64,000 nt of DNA, taken from assembly GCA_003345545.1 (NCBI GenBank), contig PRDH01000047.1, forward strand, positions 8,748 through 72,747, given 5' to 3'. This DNA is from Candidatus Thorarchaeota archaeon. Its GTDB lineage: Archaea; Asgardarchaeota; Thorarchaeia; Thorarchaeales; Thorarchaeaceae. Shown in pieces: positions 39,092-50,059 of this stretch. Below the pieces are notes generated by a model that was not told the origin of the DNA, ran no database searches, and worked only from the letters and a program-made list of their open reading frames with translations. Position 1 is the first letter of the stretch. Each line of letters starts with the position of its first letter. Both the position numbers and the translations under genes were made by a program.

Positions 39092-40318
39092 CTACTCTAA
39101 TTCAGCAGTGCCAGTCGAGGTCTCGGATCCCATAGCAGGAGTGTTCTCGGTTTGACTTCTTGGTCTTTGCATCCCGAGAAGTGACACAGCCAGAAGCAAA
39201 GCGATGACATTGAATAACATATTAATGAATGAAAGAGGTTGCACAGTAAGGAACACGTACTCAGCGAATATACCTCCAATGAGAGGGCCAATCCACCCGC
39301 CTGCATTCTGCGCGCCATAGATTAGAGACATCGCACGACCGCGTTCATCCTCTCCCGAGATATGAGCAGCTAGAGTAGTGGTCGCGGTTGCAGAGAGTGG
39401 ATAGATGGGTAATGCCCACAGCAATACTGCAATGACGGGGTCTGTCACAATCCCAAATAGAAAAGCAAATGCGACGTAGGAGGCATATGCGAGGATCAGA
39501 ACTTTGATAGGTCCGCTCTTGTCGACGATCTTCCCAACCTGTCCAGTAATGGCAACTGCAATCAGAGTTGCACCTGCATTTGCATAACCAACGAATGCAG
39601 TGCTGCCGCCCAGCTCATCAACAATCATGATTGCTAGGAATGCAGAAACCGTATTCATTCCAATCTGACTGAAAGCCACTGCCGCCGTAAGTCTGCTCAT
39701 TCCTCCTTTTCTCAGAAGACCTCGAAAACCTCTTCTGACAGATTTGTCGACGTCATTGAAGGCAATATCATGAATCAATGCAGCGGAACTTACTATTGCT
39801 CCCAAAGACAGAACAGCTGCCACAATGAAGAGTACTCTCATCCCAATAATATCATAGAGTACTCCGCTAATGAATGAGCCAGAGAAATAGCCTGCAGACT
39901 GTGCCGCTACGAAATATCCAAGGCGCTCACCCTTATTGGGGGCATTAGTTGTCAAATGGGCTTGCCCCATTGGCAAGGCAGCTGAAGAAAACATGGCTCC
40001 TAACCCGGCAACAGCCATGTATTGTATAATGTCGACAACTAATGCGTAGAAGAGGAAAGTAATGGCGTATCCAGCAAAGCCAATCATCATGAACATCTTT
40101 CTTTTCTTCCAACGGTCAGACAAGGACCCCCAGACATTCGTCATGATCATTATCACAATGGCTGGAAGCGCGAGTGCTACTGATTGTTCGAGAAATGAAG
40201 AGGTAGCGAGGTCATGCTTGATGAAGTAAGTCACGTATTGCCAGCTTATCGCTTGTGCTGTTGCTTGTAGCGCGTATGCAATATAGACTGATGCGATAGA
40301 CCGGTTCAGAAATGCCAT
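39092..40318 (-). CDS. MFS transporter
   Basis: WGSLSDRWKKRK, GKIVDKSG, ERGRAMS, about 12 TMs. Confidence 0.88.
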   Translation of the reverse strand: MAFLNRSIASVYIAYALQATAQAISWQYVTYFIKHDLATSSFLEQSVALALPAIVIMIMTNVWGSLSDRWKKRKMFMMIGFAGYAITFLFYALVVDIIQYMAVAGLGAMFSSAALPMGQAHLTTNAPNKGERLGYFVAAQSAGYFSGSFISGVLYDIIGMRVLFIVAAVLSLGAIVSSAALIHDIAFNDVDKSVRRGFRGLLRKGGMSRLTAAVAFSQIGMNTVSAFLAIMIVDELGGSTAFVGYANAGATLIAVAITGQVGKIVDKSGPIKVLILAYASYVAFAFLFGIVTDPVIAVLLWALPIYPLSATATTTLAAHISGEDERGRAMSLIYGAQNAGGWIGPLIGGIFAEYVFLTVQPLSFINMLFNVIALLLAVSLLGMQRPRSQTENTPAMGSETSTGTAELE

Positions 40319-40475
40319 ACAGCGGAGGCCTCGATTGTTGAGGCCATGCACCAAACTGACTCCTTATGGATGTGACGGAGGAGGAAACACAACAAGCCAC
40401 AACAGTGGTTTGAGAGGCAGATGCGCAAGTAGGATGGTATATCTATCCAGACCCTCTCGTCGTCAGTGAACTCGG

Positions 40476-41915
40476 ATGACGTTATCAGGAGAATCGCCAG
40501 CTCATGAACAGACAGGTGGCGAACTCGGACAGGTCAGTGAGAAGAAGAGGCCTTACTACTTCCAGCTAGATGTTTTGAAGGCCATTGCTATCGTCCTTGT
40601 AGTCATGGACCATAGCTTGACTTGGGAGGTCAAGGGATCAATTGGCAGCCTCTTCTGGGAGAGACTTTCCATTCCGTTCTTCCTGATGGTCATGGGCTTC
40701 AATATGGCAATCTCATTCAAATACAGTGGAAGTACAAATCTTGGAGAATTGTACAACTGGGCATACTTCAGACGCAAAATCGTGCGATATGTTCTCCCGT
40801 TCGCTATTCTCTACATGGGCTCTATACTCTTGGGGCTCTATATCGGATATCTAAGCTTCAATGAGTACACCCTACTGGGCTCTCTTCCCTTCTGGGGACC
40901 TGGTGACTGGTTCATCCCACTTCTCTTTGGCTCCATTGTTGTGTTTCCACTTGTTTACTGGGCATTCAAAAAGCAGCCAATCCTTACAATGTTGCTGTGC
41001 TTCATGAGCGAAATCGTCCTTCAACTAGTCATGTACATCTGGTTCCCTCTTCCATTTGAGACTGCATTGGAAGGATTCATAGTATCAGCCATACGAATGA
41101 ACATCCTATTCTTCATGCCAGCTGTAGCTCTTGGCCTTTGGTTCTCCGAAGACTACAACCTATTCAAGAAACACAACTGGTTCCTTGCAATATATGCACC
41201 GGTCTGTTTCATCCTCATGATAGACTATACTACACACCTCGTAAGATCTATCGGAGGCGATGTCGGTTACGCCTTTACGTTAATTGACAATATCTTCAGA
41301 GGAGACTATACGCTCCTCTTCTATGGATGGGCCGCTGTTTTCATGCTAGTAGCTCTGTCAGTAATCCCCCAGACTGCAGAGGGGAGAATCCAGGTGTTCA
41401 TTCAAAAGATAGGGAGAGCCTCGTATCACATTCTCTTGTTCCAGATTCTCTGGATGTCAATAGTCTACTGGTCGGTCTCGCACGAAGCGGTCTACTACCA
41501 CATAATTCCGGATTTCGCAACCATACTGGACTGGTCAACACCTCTCCTCTACGTACCATTCTATCTCATGAATCTCACAGTTTCGCTTGCAGGCGGACTC
41601 GCGTGGTATGAAGCAGAGAAACGAGCCAGTACAAAAGGAAGGCCTTGGTGGCAGCATGCTTGGTTCAGGAGGATATACTACCTGTTTGGTGCAGTCATGT
41701 CGCTGGTATTGATGGGAGCAGCTATTGAATTCATCAGCGACATCACCGGGCTGACTGAATGGAGCCGGACACATGGAGGAAACTTCATTCTGAATGAGAT
41801 CACGGGACCCGGGATGATGGCCAGCTTGCTGGCTATTCTATTCTTCATTGGTTTTTGTATGGTGTTGATGTACAGAGCGTTCACCCTGCATGATGATAGC
41901 GAGGTTCCAGTCTAG
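40476..41915 (+). CDS. Acyltransferase-3 (OafA/Oac-like) membrane acyltransferase
   Basis: LDVLKAIAIVLVVMDH, IPFFLMVMG, R+IVR..LP, IGRASYHILLFQ. Confidence 0.8.
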   Translation: MTLSGESPAHEQTGGELGQVSEKKRPYYFQLDVLKAIAIVLVVMDHSLTWEVKGSIGSLFWERLSIPFFLMVMGFNMAISFKYSGSTNLGELYNWAYFRRKIVRYVLPFAILYMGSILLGLYIGYLSFNEYTLLGSLPFWGPGDWFIPLLFGSIVVFPLVYWAFKKQPILTMLLCFMSEIVLQLVMYIWFPLPFETALEGFIVSAIRMNILFFMPAVALGLWFSEDYNLFKKHNWFLAIYAPVCFILMIDYTTHLVRSIGGDVGYAFTLIDNIFRGDYTLLFYGWAAVFMLVALSVIPQTAEGRIQVFIQKIGRASYHILLFQILWMSIVYWSVSHEAVYYHIIPDFATILDWSTPLLYVPFYLMNLTVSLAGGLAWYEAEKRASTKGRPWWQHAWFRRIYYLFGAVMSLVLMGAAIEFISDITGLTEWSRTHGGNFILNEITGPGMMASLLAILFFIGFCMVLMYRAFTLHDDSEVPV

Positions 41916-41972
41916 GCAGATTCACACTGCGCTAGCCGTAGGGTATTTGAGTCCTGCCTTCATCGGGAATTC

Positions 41973-43100
41973 ATGGCTGCCGAAGATAATGAGGTTGTTC
42001 TTCGAGTCGAGCGACTCAAGGCCTTCTACACGTCCAGTAGGGGTCTTGTCAGAGCAGTGAACAATATCACATTTGAGATCCGCAGGGGAGAATCGGTCGG
42101 CCTCTTTGGCGAATCAGGCGCTGGCAAGACAACTGTTGCACTTGCGATTCTTGGTCTCTTCGAGAGCCTCTCTAGACGTTATGCATCGATTGCGGCCAAT
42201 GAGGACAGCAAACGGCTCTGGGAGCTGAGGGACAATGCAAGGAAAAGAGGGCTCACTTCGGATCAGATTGGGCAAGAACTACCTGGCATTGAAGGGCACA
42301 TCTGGTTTGGAGGAAGAGACCTTCTTACACTCAATGAGAAAGACTATCGCCAAATCAGAGGAAATGAGATAACGTACGTCCCACAGGGCTCAACGAAATC
42401 GCTCAATCCCTACTCGAATATTGCAGAACAGACTGCAGAAAGCCTCTGGGCTCACGATATAGATAACACATTGAATGAACGTGTCGTGATGAAGAGAGTT
42501 CTTCAAGCCCTTGACCTTATCGAACTGGGGGATGTAGACCTTCGAAAGACGATGAAACCATCCCAGTTCAGCGTCGGAGAGGACCAGCGGGTTCTGATTG
42601 CCATGGCGCTCATTCCCGATCCTGTCCTCATGATAGCCGATGAACCGACAACGGCTGTTGATATGGCGATACAGCAGCGTATCCTTGAGGCTATTCAGAT
42701 TGTCAGGAGAGAAATGCATCTCTCGATGCTCATAATCAGCAACAATCAGGGAACAATCTCTCAAACCTGTGATAAGGTAGGAGTCATGACAGCTGGTCAC
42801 ATCATGGAATTCGGACCTGCAGCCACAGTCATGAATTCCCCGGGGCATCCATTCACTCGAGCATTCATCATGAGCAATCCGACAATGCAAGTCATTCGCA
42901 AAATCAAAGAGAAGAAACTGAGAATCCGTGGGATCCCAGGTAAGCCGCCGGACCTAGCAGAGACAATCGCTGGGTGTCCATTCAAAGAGAGGTGCGAGTA
43001 CGCTCAGGATATCTGCAGAGAACTGAAGCCGGAATACAGAGAGGTTGAAGCAGGTCACTGGATAATGTGCCATCGATATGAGGAACTTCCAGCGTGGTAG
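41973..43100 (+). CDS. Orphan DppD-like ABC ATPase with degenerate signature and H-loop
   Basis: GESGAGKT and IADEPT intact; signature FSVGEDQR; H-loop ISNN. Confidence 0.85.
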   Translation: MAAEDNEVVLRVERLKAFYTSSRGLVRAVNNITFEIRRGESVGLFGESGAGKTTVALAILGLFESLSRRYASIAANEDSKRLWELRDNARKRGLTSDQIGQELPGIEGHIWFGGRDLLTLNEKDYRQIRGNEITYVPQGSTKSLNPYSNIAEQTAESLWAHDIDNTLNERVVMKRVLQALDLIELGDVDLRKTMKPSQFSVGEDQRVLIAMALIPDPVLMIADEPTTAVDMAIQQRILEAIQIVRREMHLSMLIISNNQGTISQTCDKVGVMTAGHIMEFGPAATVMNSPGHPFTRAFIMSNPTMQVIRKIKEKKLRIRGIPGKPPDLAETIAGCPFKERCEYAQDICRELKPEYREVEAGHWIMCHRYEELPAW

Positions 43101-43185
43101 CAGCCTGACTCCTCCCTTCATGTGATGATTTATATCTCAAATCACGATAGGGAATTCAGTGCGTTCATTATTGTGGGGAGCACTA

Positions 43186-43449
43186 ATGGCCGAAATTGAT
43201 GTGCCAAAATCACCGCCGCCTCCGAGAAGCGGAACAAGAGATGACAGTGTGGAAACACTATGCAAGCTGGCAGGAGGCTGTTGTCTGGCTGTATTCGGAT
43301 GCACATTCGGGCCCCTCTTGCTTGTCTCCTCACTGACCCTAGTAACCTATGGCTTCGGGTGGCTCGCAATCATATCCTTATTCGTCATTGTGCTTGGTTG
43401 TTACTCTGCCAAGTACACGTGGGATGGAATAAAGAAGAATTCTGCATAG
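43186..43449 (+). CDS. Small membrane protein
   Basis: GGGGAG RBS; Pro-rich N-terminus and two Cys-containing hydrophobic segments. Confidence 0.5.
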   Translation: MAEIDVPKSPPPPRSGTRDDSVETLCKLAGGCCLAVFGCTFGPLLLVSSLTLVTYGFGWLAIISLFVIVLGCYSAKYTWDGIKKNSA

Positions 43450-43512
43450 CATATTGTGAACAATCACTTAGACGTAAATCACCAGAGTTTGACGAAATCC
43501 CAGGAATGTAAT

Positions 43513-44049
43513 TCATTCTGTTATTTGCCCTAGTTTCTCGTCATGTAGTTTCTTCACAATCTCAATGACAGAATCGACTGCAGTGCTCCAGGTGTCTTCC
43601 TGAGAACTCAGCGGCGGAATTCCTCCGATCATATGCCGAATCTTGGAAATCTGTGCCGCATGATAGAGGCCATGCTGGTATGTTCTCAGTATACACCACG
43701 CAACGCTCGGACCACCCTCTGTGGTAGGCGGGACAATCCGAATCTGTCTTCCATCACACTGGCTGACCACACGCCTGATTCCGTCGGTGTTCGCCCTCAG
43801 CTTTGCCTGGATGTCGTCAAACGTTTCAATACTGAACTTGGGTCCAATATCGTGCTTCGCCCGATGGAACCAGTAGGTTTCGGCGCCCCCAATATGCCAA
43901 ATGAGCGAGAGCATGTGGGGGAACTGCTTCTCATCAGAGATCTGTTTCATCAGAATCTCCTGTGTCAATCCGTCAATAACACGGTATAGATGTGTACGCA
44001 TATTCAGATGGGCCTGAATCAGCTCTTTCCTCATCAATTCTTCGGCCAT
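43513..44049 (-). CDS. DinB/YfiT family protein
   Basis: LIWHIGGAETYW...HGLYHAAQI. Confidence 0.8.
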   Translation of the reverse strand: MAEELMRKELIQAHLNMRTHLYRVIDGLTQEILMKQISDEKQFPHMLSLIWHIGGAETYWFHRAKHDIGPKFSIETFDDIQAKLRANTDGIRRVVSQCDGRQIRIVPPTTEGGPSVAWCILRTYQHGLYHAAQISKIRHMIGGIPPLSSQEDTWSTAVDSVIEIVKKLHDEKLGQITE

Positions 44050-44231
44050 GATTTTCACCGTTAAAAAACACGGATATTAATCTTCACTCAGGTGAGAGGA
44101 AGCCGGCAGATAGGCCCGCGAGAGTACCGCCATGTGCCTCTCCGTTGTGTATTTGCCTGCAGGCAGATCCTCAGTAATGCTCCTTTGACACGGTTTATTA
44201 GCGCCATATTCAATGCCCGCCTTGATGCACA

Positions 44232-45317
44232 ATGGCCAAGGGTGATCCACTACTCATAGTTCAAAACCTGAGGGCTTATTATCCATCAAAAAAGGGACTT
44301 GTCCGCGCTGTTGATGATGTCTCATTCATTGTACGTGAGGGTGAGTGCGTTGGTCTCCTTGGAGAGAGCGGGTCAGGCAAGAGTAGCATGGCCCTCGCTA
44401 TTCTGGGGCTTTTTGAGAAGGTCGCACGGTTTGCTGCAGGCGCATCAAATGACCCTGAACTAAAACAGGCTTTTGACCGAGGAACCTCTGGAAGTAACGA
44501 GAGACCCGGTCTTAGGGGGAGGGTTGTTTTCAGAGATAGGGAATTGACAGGCTTGCCTCAAGAGGAACTCGTCAAAATCAGGGGAAAAGAACTGAGCCTG
44601 ATACCTCAGGGTCTCGGACATGCTCTGAATCCGCAACATAGTATAGGGCACCAGACTGCAGAACCTATTGAAGTCCATGAGGATGAGGTGCGGCTTCTTG
44701 AATTGAAGAAGAAAGTTCTCGAATACCTCGGTATCGTTCAATTGGCAGATGCAGGCCTTAGGTATGTGATGGATCCTGGTTGTTTTTCCGGGGGCGAGAG
44801 TCAACGCATTCTCATCGCCATGGCGCTCATAGCGGGACCATACATGGTCATTGCGGACGAACCAACCTCAGCTTTGGATGTGACCATGCAACGTCAGATC
44901 ATGAACGTTCTCAGAATGATTAAGGAGGAGTTCGATGTATCCCTTCTCTTGATAAGCCATGACGCTGGTGTGATTGCTGAGTTGGCAGATCGAGTTGCTG
45001 TAATGTATGCAGGCAAGATAGTCGAATCAGGACCCGCGGTTCAGATATTTCACAATCCTCAACATCCTTACACAATGGGCTTAATGACCTCATTTCCAAC
45101 AATCGCAATGATGCAGATGAAAGCGGGAAAGAAACCAAGACTGCGAGGCATCCCGGGAGACCCTCCAGACCTCGCCAATATTCCCTCGGGTTGCCCTTTT
45201 CATCCGAGATGTAGGTATGTCATCGATATCTGTAGAGAAATCATTCCAGAAGACAGAGAAGTAGAGCCAGATCACCACATACGGTGTCACCGCTGGGGCG
45301 AGATATCTGACGAATAA
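44232..45317 (+). CDS. Orphan DppD-like ABC ATPase
   Basis: GESGSGKS, FSGGESQR, IADEPT, ISHD, HPYT, GCPFHPRC. Confidence 0.88.
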   Translation: MAKGDPLLIVQNLRAYYPSKKGLVRAVDDVSFIVREGECVGLLGESGSGKSSMALAILGLFEKVARFAAGASNDPELKQAFDRGTSGSNERPGLRGRVVFRDRELTGLPQEELVKIRGKELSLIPQGLGHALNPQHSIGHQTAEPIEVHEDEVRLLELKKKVLEYLGIVQLADAGLRYVMDPGCFSGGESQRILIAMALIAGPYMVIADEPTSALDVTMQRQIMNVLRMIKEEFDVSLLLISHDAGVIAELADRVAVMYAGKIVESGPAVQIFHNPQHPYTMGLMTSFPTIAMMQMKAGKKPRLRGIPGDPPDLANIPSGCPFHPRCRYVIDICREIIPEDREVEPDHHIRCHRWGEISDE

Positions 45318-45562
45318 GGTGTGAGCGCCAAGAGGCGCCCACGTGAGCTAACCATTCCCAAGTCTTGACCCTCTGGGCCGTGATTCTCTCTCTAGAAATC
45401 ACGCAATACATCCCATCAGTTGTGATTGGTTTCTCCCGGCTCGACAACCTTGTCCGTGTGCGGTTCTCATATATACGCCTTGCTTAAGAGCTCCATTTGA
45501 GCAAAGACAGGCATACAAGTCATCTGCAGGCTGAGAGAGAATTTTCAGGAGGGGCACCTATT

Positions 45563-46594
45563 CTACTGCTTGCCCATTGTCAGAGCCAACACTGCCTTCT
45601 GAACATGAAGTCGATTCTCTGCGACATCATATACGATGGATCGTGGACCATCACAGACCTCATCAGTCACCTCTGCATTTCGATCCACGGGGCCGCAATG
45701 AGTGAAGAACGCATCATTTGTCTTGGCCATCCAGTCTTTGGTTGTAATCCAATCATCGTACTTAGCTGCAAGTTCAATCTCTTTCTTCTTGGCTTCAGCT
45801 TCTCCGCGCTTCGCCATATCATCATAGAAGTTCGATGTCATCCAATTTCGGGAGTATACAATGTTAGCGCCGTTGTAACCCTCCTCTAGGTCATGAACAA
45901 TCTCGAAGTTGCTTCCTGAGGCAGCTGCGTTCTCCTCGCACATCTTGATGACTTCAGGGTCAAGATCATATCCCTGAGGATATGCTAGCGTCACATCCAT
46001 GCCGAGTCTCGAATTGAGCAGAATGCTCTCTTGGACACTGCACCAAGAACGCACAAGAGCTCCCTTCCCCCAGACTTGGAGAATCTTCTTGCCTTTGAGT
46101 CGCTTGCCAATATGCTGCCTATATCCCATGACATCAGCTAGACCTTGGAATGGGTGATACTTATCATGGGCCATGCTGACAATCGGTATGCTTGCGTGCG
46201 TGGCATACTGCCTGAGCAGCTCTTCGCCCTGACCGTAGTAATCGATGGCAGTTTCCAGAATTCTGATGCCCATACCGACTGCATACCGGCTCATAACTTG
46301 GGCCGCATCTTCGACTGTCTCACCGGCCGACTTTGACGACTTCAGGCGCATCGACTTTGGTTCGAGGAATTGAGCATGTCCCCCGAGCTCTGTTGCAGCG
46401 GCTTCAAAGGACTGCCTTGTTCTCACCGATGGATTGTAAAAGAACATGAAGAAAGTACGCCTATCAAGACAATTGTTCAATGGATGATCATAGCGGTTTG
46501 CCTTGAACTCAAACGCAAGGGACAGAGCTTTCTCTATCTCCTTGACACTCCAATCTTGTGTCGTAATCAGGTCTCTTCCATATAGGTCGCTCAT
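45563..46594 (-). CDS. Aspartate/ornithine carbamoyltransferase-family protein, non-canonical
   Basis: NPSVRTRQSFE, HPFQGLAD, HCGPVDR, AENRLHVQKA. Confidence 0.8.
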   Translation of the reverse strand: MSDLYGRDLITTQDWSVKEIEKALSLAFEFKANRYDHPLNNCLDRRTFFMFFYNPSVRTRQSFEAAATELGGHAQFLEPKSMRLKSSKSAGETVEDAAQVMSRYAVGMGIRILETAIDYYGQGEELLRQYATHASIPIVSMAHDKYHPFQGLADVMGYRQHIGKRLKGKKILQVWGKGALVRSWCSVQESILLNSRLGMDVTLAYPQGYDLDPEVIKMCEENAAASGSNFEIVHDLEEGYNGANIVYSRNWMTSNFYDDMAKRGEAEAKKKEIELAAKYDDWITTKDWMAKTNDAFFTHCGPVDRNAEVTDEVCDGPRSIVYDVAENRLHVQKAVLALTMGKQ

Positions 46595-46768
46595 CGTGCT
46601 CACCGCTACAATCGAAGCTGCATTTGGGTTTTAGGTCTATCGTATTATTCCTCGGTTTCTTTCCTTCTACGACAAGCCCTTTCTCAATCGCCACAGCACG
46701 CCTTCGGAGCAGGAAATTGTGCGCAAAAGAAACGCTTTTCAAAGCATTAAGTTCCACGCATCTCTGCC

Positions 46769-47602
46769 ATGAGGAGCACGTATCCTGCCAAAGCATATGC
46801 GGAGGTTATTGACAAACACAACCTGGCCTTGGACTTGTCCCCGGAGCAGTCTGCAGCCATAGCTGAAGGGAGAGAAATCAGTCTATCGGAAAAACAGATT
46901 GAGAGTATAACTGACCAATTGACTGCTCAAGCTGGGATAGACTCATTTCTCAATGCAACCTGCAAAGAACTGCTACCATTCTCGTCTTCCCTTTTTGTCA
47001 TTAATGACCGTCTTTGGAAGATGATGGATAGGAAAATCTGGGATTGTAGGAAGATGCTCGCAATGACCACAATCCCCTTGTGCACTTGGGACCATGATTG
47101 TGAAACAACACGCAATCCGAAGGGAGCAAGAAGATGGCCAATTAAATCCAATAGCATGGACATCGACTTGGGGCCCAAACCTGTACTGAAGATTCAAGGA
47201 GAGGGAGGGGATTTCTCAGGATTCATTGAGCAGAGTCATTTGACTGCGAGAAAGTGGGGAATTCCTGACACGAGAAGGCTCTTGCCGAACTATGTTTTCG
47301 AGTCACTCCGAATTGAAGCGAACTTGGATCGAGCAGTTCTGGAAATCCATCCAAGCCCAAGAGACGAGCTTGATTATGACTTCTCAGATAATGCGAGAGT
47401 CTTCTTTGAGCACGGTTTCTTGGTTCATGTTCCTGGAGAAGATGTTACTCTTCAGGTTGGCAAAAGGAAGCCAACACAAATGGCAGGCGATGTGCTGCTA
47501 CTTGTCGGAAAACGTTTTGATGGGGATGATGATTCGAACCTAGAACTTCTTGTAGATATTTGGCTGAAGGCTTTTGAAAAGAGAATGGCATCGGTGAAAT
47601 AA
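46769..47602 (+). CDS. Hypothetical protein
   Basis: 277-aa ORF, tightly linked to the next gene; no recognised motif. Confidence 0.65.
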   Translation: MRSTYPAKAYAEVIDKHNLALDLSPEQSAAIAEGREISLSEKQIESITDQLTAQAGIDSFLNATCKELLPFSSSLFVINDRLWKMMDRKIWDCRKMLAMTTIPLCTWDHDCETTRNPKGARRWPIKSNSMDIDLGPKPVLKIQGEGGDFSGFIEQSHLTARKWGIPDTRRLLPNYVFESLRIEANLDRAVLEIHPSPRDELDYDFSDNARVFFEHGFLVHVPGEDVTLQVGKRKPTQMAGDVLLLVGKRFDGDDDSNLELLVDIWLKAFEKRMASVK

Positions 47603-47605
47603 GAG

Positions 47606-48373
47606 ATGTTCATGATAGGTGGGTTGTTGGTACTGGGACTCCTTTCGCTGGGCGCAGCCCTCCATTGGTTCAGAAAGGTCCATCAGCTCGATCGCTTCCT
47701 TGCACCCCTTGCAGAAAGCATAGGGGAACCAGACATCTCGGGAAAGACGAAATACACGGACTGCGGCTCTCATCAGTGGCTGATTAAAAATGTCATTCAC
47801 GGAGATTACCTGAAGTCTGCTGAGGGTTTCAGGAACTTCATGATGAATCGAACTCTCACTGGTACTCTAGTATTGGGCATGGTTCTCGGCCTCATCCCTG
47901 TGATTGCCGTATACCTCCTCTTTCAGAGCTACCAGCTCATTGGCACTTCGCTCATTCTAGTCGTTCTCTCTGTGTTCATTGTCCTAGGACCTGGCGACCT
48001 TGAGGTCTCAGAGCAATTGGTTCAGTGGCAAACTGAACAGGAATACAGTGCTCTAGACATGGGTGACCTTGCCTATGCAAGAATATCCCAAAAGGCCATG
48101 AAGAACTGGATTATGAAACTGTCAGTAATAGGTGTCATTTGCTTCATTCTTTCTCCCTGGGGAGAGTCAATAATGCCTGTGCTCGCCTTCGTATTCACCG
48201 TGTTCGTCGGATTCGTCTACGCAAACATCTTTCTCCCGGTCTCAATGTACTCGATGCCACTTGCCCTAATGATCTTCTTCACTATCATACCCCTTGTCCT
48301 CTCGATGATTATCGTCGGAGTAAGGGTGGCACGGAAGAAGGCGCAGACCGACTCGGATGAGCTCAAGGTTTAG
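47606..48373 (+). CDS. Hypothetical membrane protein
   Basis: About 6 hydrophobic segments. Confidence 0.65.
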   Translation: MFMIGGLLVLGLLSLGAALHWFRKVHQLDRFLAPLAESIGEPDISGKTKYTDCGSHQWLIKNVIHGDYLKSAEGFRNFMMNRTLTGTLVLGMVLGLIPVIAVYLLFQSYQLIGTSLILVVLSVFIVLGPGDLEVSEQLVQWQTEQEYSALDMGDLAYARISQKAMKNWIMKLSVIGVICFILSPWGESIMPVLAFVFTVFVGFVYANIFLPVSMYSMPLALMIFFTIIPLVLSMIIVGVRVARKKAQTDSDELKV

Positions 48374-48708
48374 AAGAGAGATAGAAACGAAGCAAGAGCT
48401 ACGATAGCAGCATATAGAAACAGAATGAGGGCAGTCAACAGCATCTGCCTTCCGATGAGAGCCATTTTCCATGCCGTCGTAACATTGCCATCTTCAGTGT
48501 ATCTGCCCTTATTCTCAAGGGGTTGCCTAGACATCATACATCCTCCCACAATCAGAAGAAGGCCTAATTCGAGAAACGCTCCTCCTCCTGCAACAGTCGA
48601 AGCCAATACAGGCGGTGCAAAGGTTGCAGCGGCAAACCCTACAGCGAAATTCAATGCCATCAAGGCCGTGGCAAAGAGCAAGCCACGCTCGAGGTCCCTG
48701 TCTAGCAT
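48370..48708 (-). CDS. Small 3-TM membrane protein
   Basis: Hydrophobic ORF downstream of the ABC operon on the same strand. Confidence 0.6.
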   Translation of the reverse strand: MLDRDLERGLLFATALMALNFAVGFAAATFAPPVLASTVAGGGAFLELGLLLIVGGCMMSRQPLENKGRYTEDGNVTTAWKMALIGRQMLLTALILFLYAAIVALASFLSLF

Positions 48709-48721
48709 ATCATTAGCTCCA

Positions 48722-48940
48722 TCATAGAAATGTGCCGACCAGTAGACCGATTACGATGAGAAAAACTGCAAGTATAACAAGAGGAAGGAAGATGGTCTGA
48801 AGCGATGCAATGAATAATGCGATTATGTCCTTTCCCTCAAGATTCGTCGTTGCTTGGTCATGATCACCATAGACAGACCAATCGAATTCATTGCTTTTCT
48901 CCTCGTGCTCCCTCGAATCTACGTCATCATCAAACGACAA
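48722..48940 (-). CDS. Small membrane protein with acidic N-terminus
   Basis: AGGAGAGG RBS; KDIIALFIASLQTIFLPL hydrophobic tail. Confidence 0.6.
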   Translation of the reverse strand: MSFDDDVDSREHEEKSNEFDWSVYGDHDQATTNLEGKDIIALFIASLQTIFLPLVILAVFLIVIGLLVGTFL

Positions 48941-49023
48941 TTCATTTCCTCTCCTTTAGGATGAATGGTGGGAACGCAGCCATATAGACATTGTCAGGCT
49001 TCGCTCTCACACGCTTCAACATA

Positions 49024-50055
49024 TCATGCCTCTGCAGCAGCATTAGATTCCACATTCAGGCCTTCCTTGTATCTGAGGTCGAGCTCTCCAGCATAGTGAC
49101 AGGCTACCATATGCCCATTGCCCATGTCACGCAGCTCAGGAATCTCTTCACTGCAGCGCTCAGTAGCAAATCTGCATCTCGGATGGAAGCGGCAACCACT
49201 TGGGGGATTGATTGGACTTGGCACTTCTCCAGCAAGAATCTCGGCGCGCCCCCTCAGAGACGGGTCCGGGACGGGCACTGCAGAAACAAGAGCTGCAGAG
49301 TACGGATGCATAGCATCTTCGAAGATATCAGTAGGAGTGAGTTCAACAATCTTGCCCAAGTACATCACTGCAACTCTGTCAGACATGTGTTTCACAACAC
49401 TGAGGTTATGACTGATGAAGAGGTATGTGAGGTCGAACTCCTGCTGCAGATCCTTCATAAGATTAAGGGTCTGAGCCTGAACAGACACGTCTGTGCTTGA
49501 TGTTGGCTCGTCCATAACAACGAATTTCGGTCGCAACGCAAGCGCTCTTGCGATACATACTCTCTGTCTTTGACCACCCGAGAACTCATGAGGGAATCTA
49601 TTTAGATGGTCTTCACTAAGACCAACCTTCTCTAGCAACTCGAGCACCATGTTTCGCAAACGGTGACCACGGGCGATTCCGTTTACCAGAAGAGGCTCGC
49701 CAACTGCGTTCTTGATCGTCAAGCGGGGGTCAAGTGATGCCATTGGGTCTTGAAAGATGATACTCATGTTTCGACGAAGTCTGTGAAGGTCTCCTCGAGA
49801 CATCTTATTGATGTCCTCGCCTTCAAAGAAAATCTCGCCGGCAGTTGCAGGGACAAGCCTAAGAATGGTGCGTCCCGCTGTAGTCTTGCCACAGCCCGAC
49901 TCGCCTACCAATCCAAGAGTTTCACCCTTGTAGATGTCAAAAGAGATATCATCGACTGCTCGTACATAGCCAACTACCTTTCTGAATACTCCTCCACTTA
50001 GCGGGTAGTACTTCTTGAGATTCTTGACTTCTATCAGTATATTTGCGCTTGCCAT
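49024..50055 (-). CDS. ABC peptide transporter ATPase (DppF/OppF-like)
   Basis: [32 protein letters not shown]. Confidence 0.92.
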   Translation of the reverse strand: MASANILIEVKNLKKYYPLSGGVFRKVVGYVRAVDDISFDIYKGETLGLVGESGCGKTTAGRTILRLVPATAGEIFFEGEDINKMSRGDLHRLRRNMSIIFQDPMASLDPRLTIKNAVGEPLLVNGIARGHRLRNMVLELLEKVGLSEDHLNRFPHEFSGGQRQRVCIARALALRPKFVVMDEPTSSTDVSVQAQTLNLMKDLQQEFDLTYLFISHNLSVVKHMSDRVAVMYLGKIVELTPTDIFEDAMHPYSAALVSAVPVPDPSLRGRAEILAGEVPSPINPPSGCRFHPRCRFATERCSEEIPELRDMGNGHMVACHYAGELDLRYKEGLNVESNAAAEA

Positions 50056-50059
50056 TGAA

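Noticed and set aside
48991-49500. Long antisense ORFs over ABC, thioredoxin and permease genes (also 12367-12855, 26956-27471, 42390-42890, 51398-51880)
   Set aside because: They are shadows of well-supported genes on the opposite strand.
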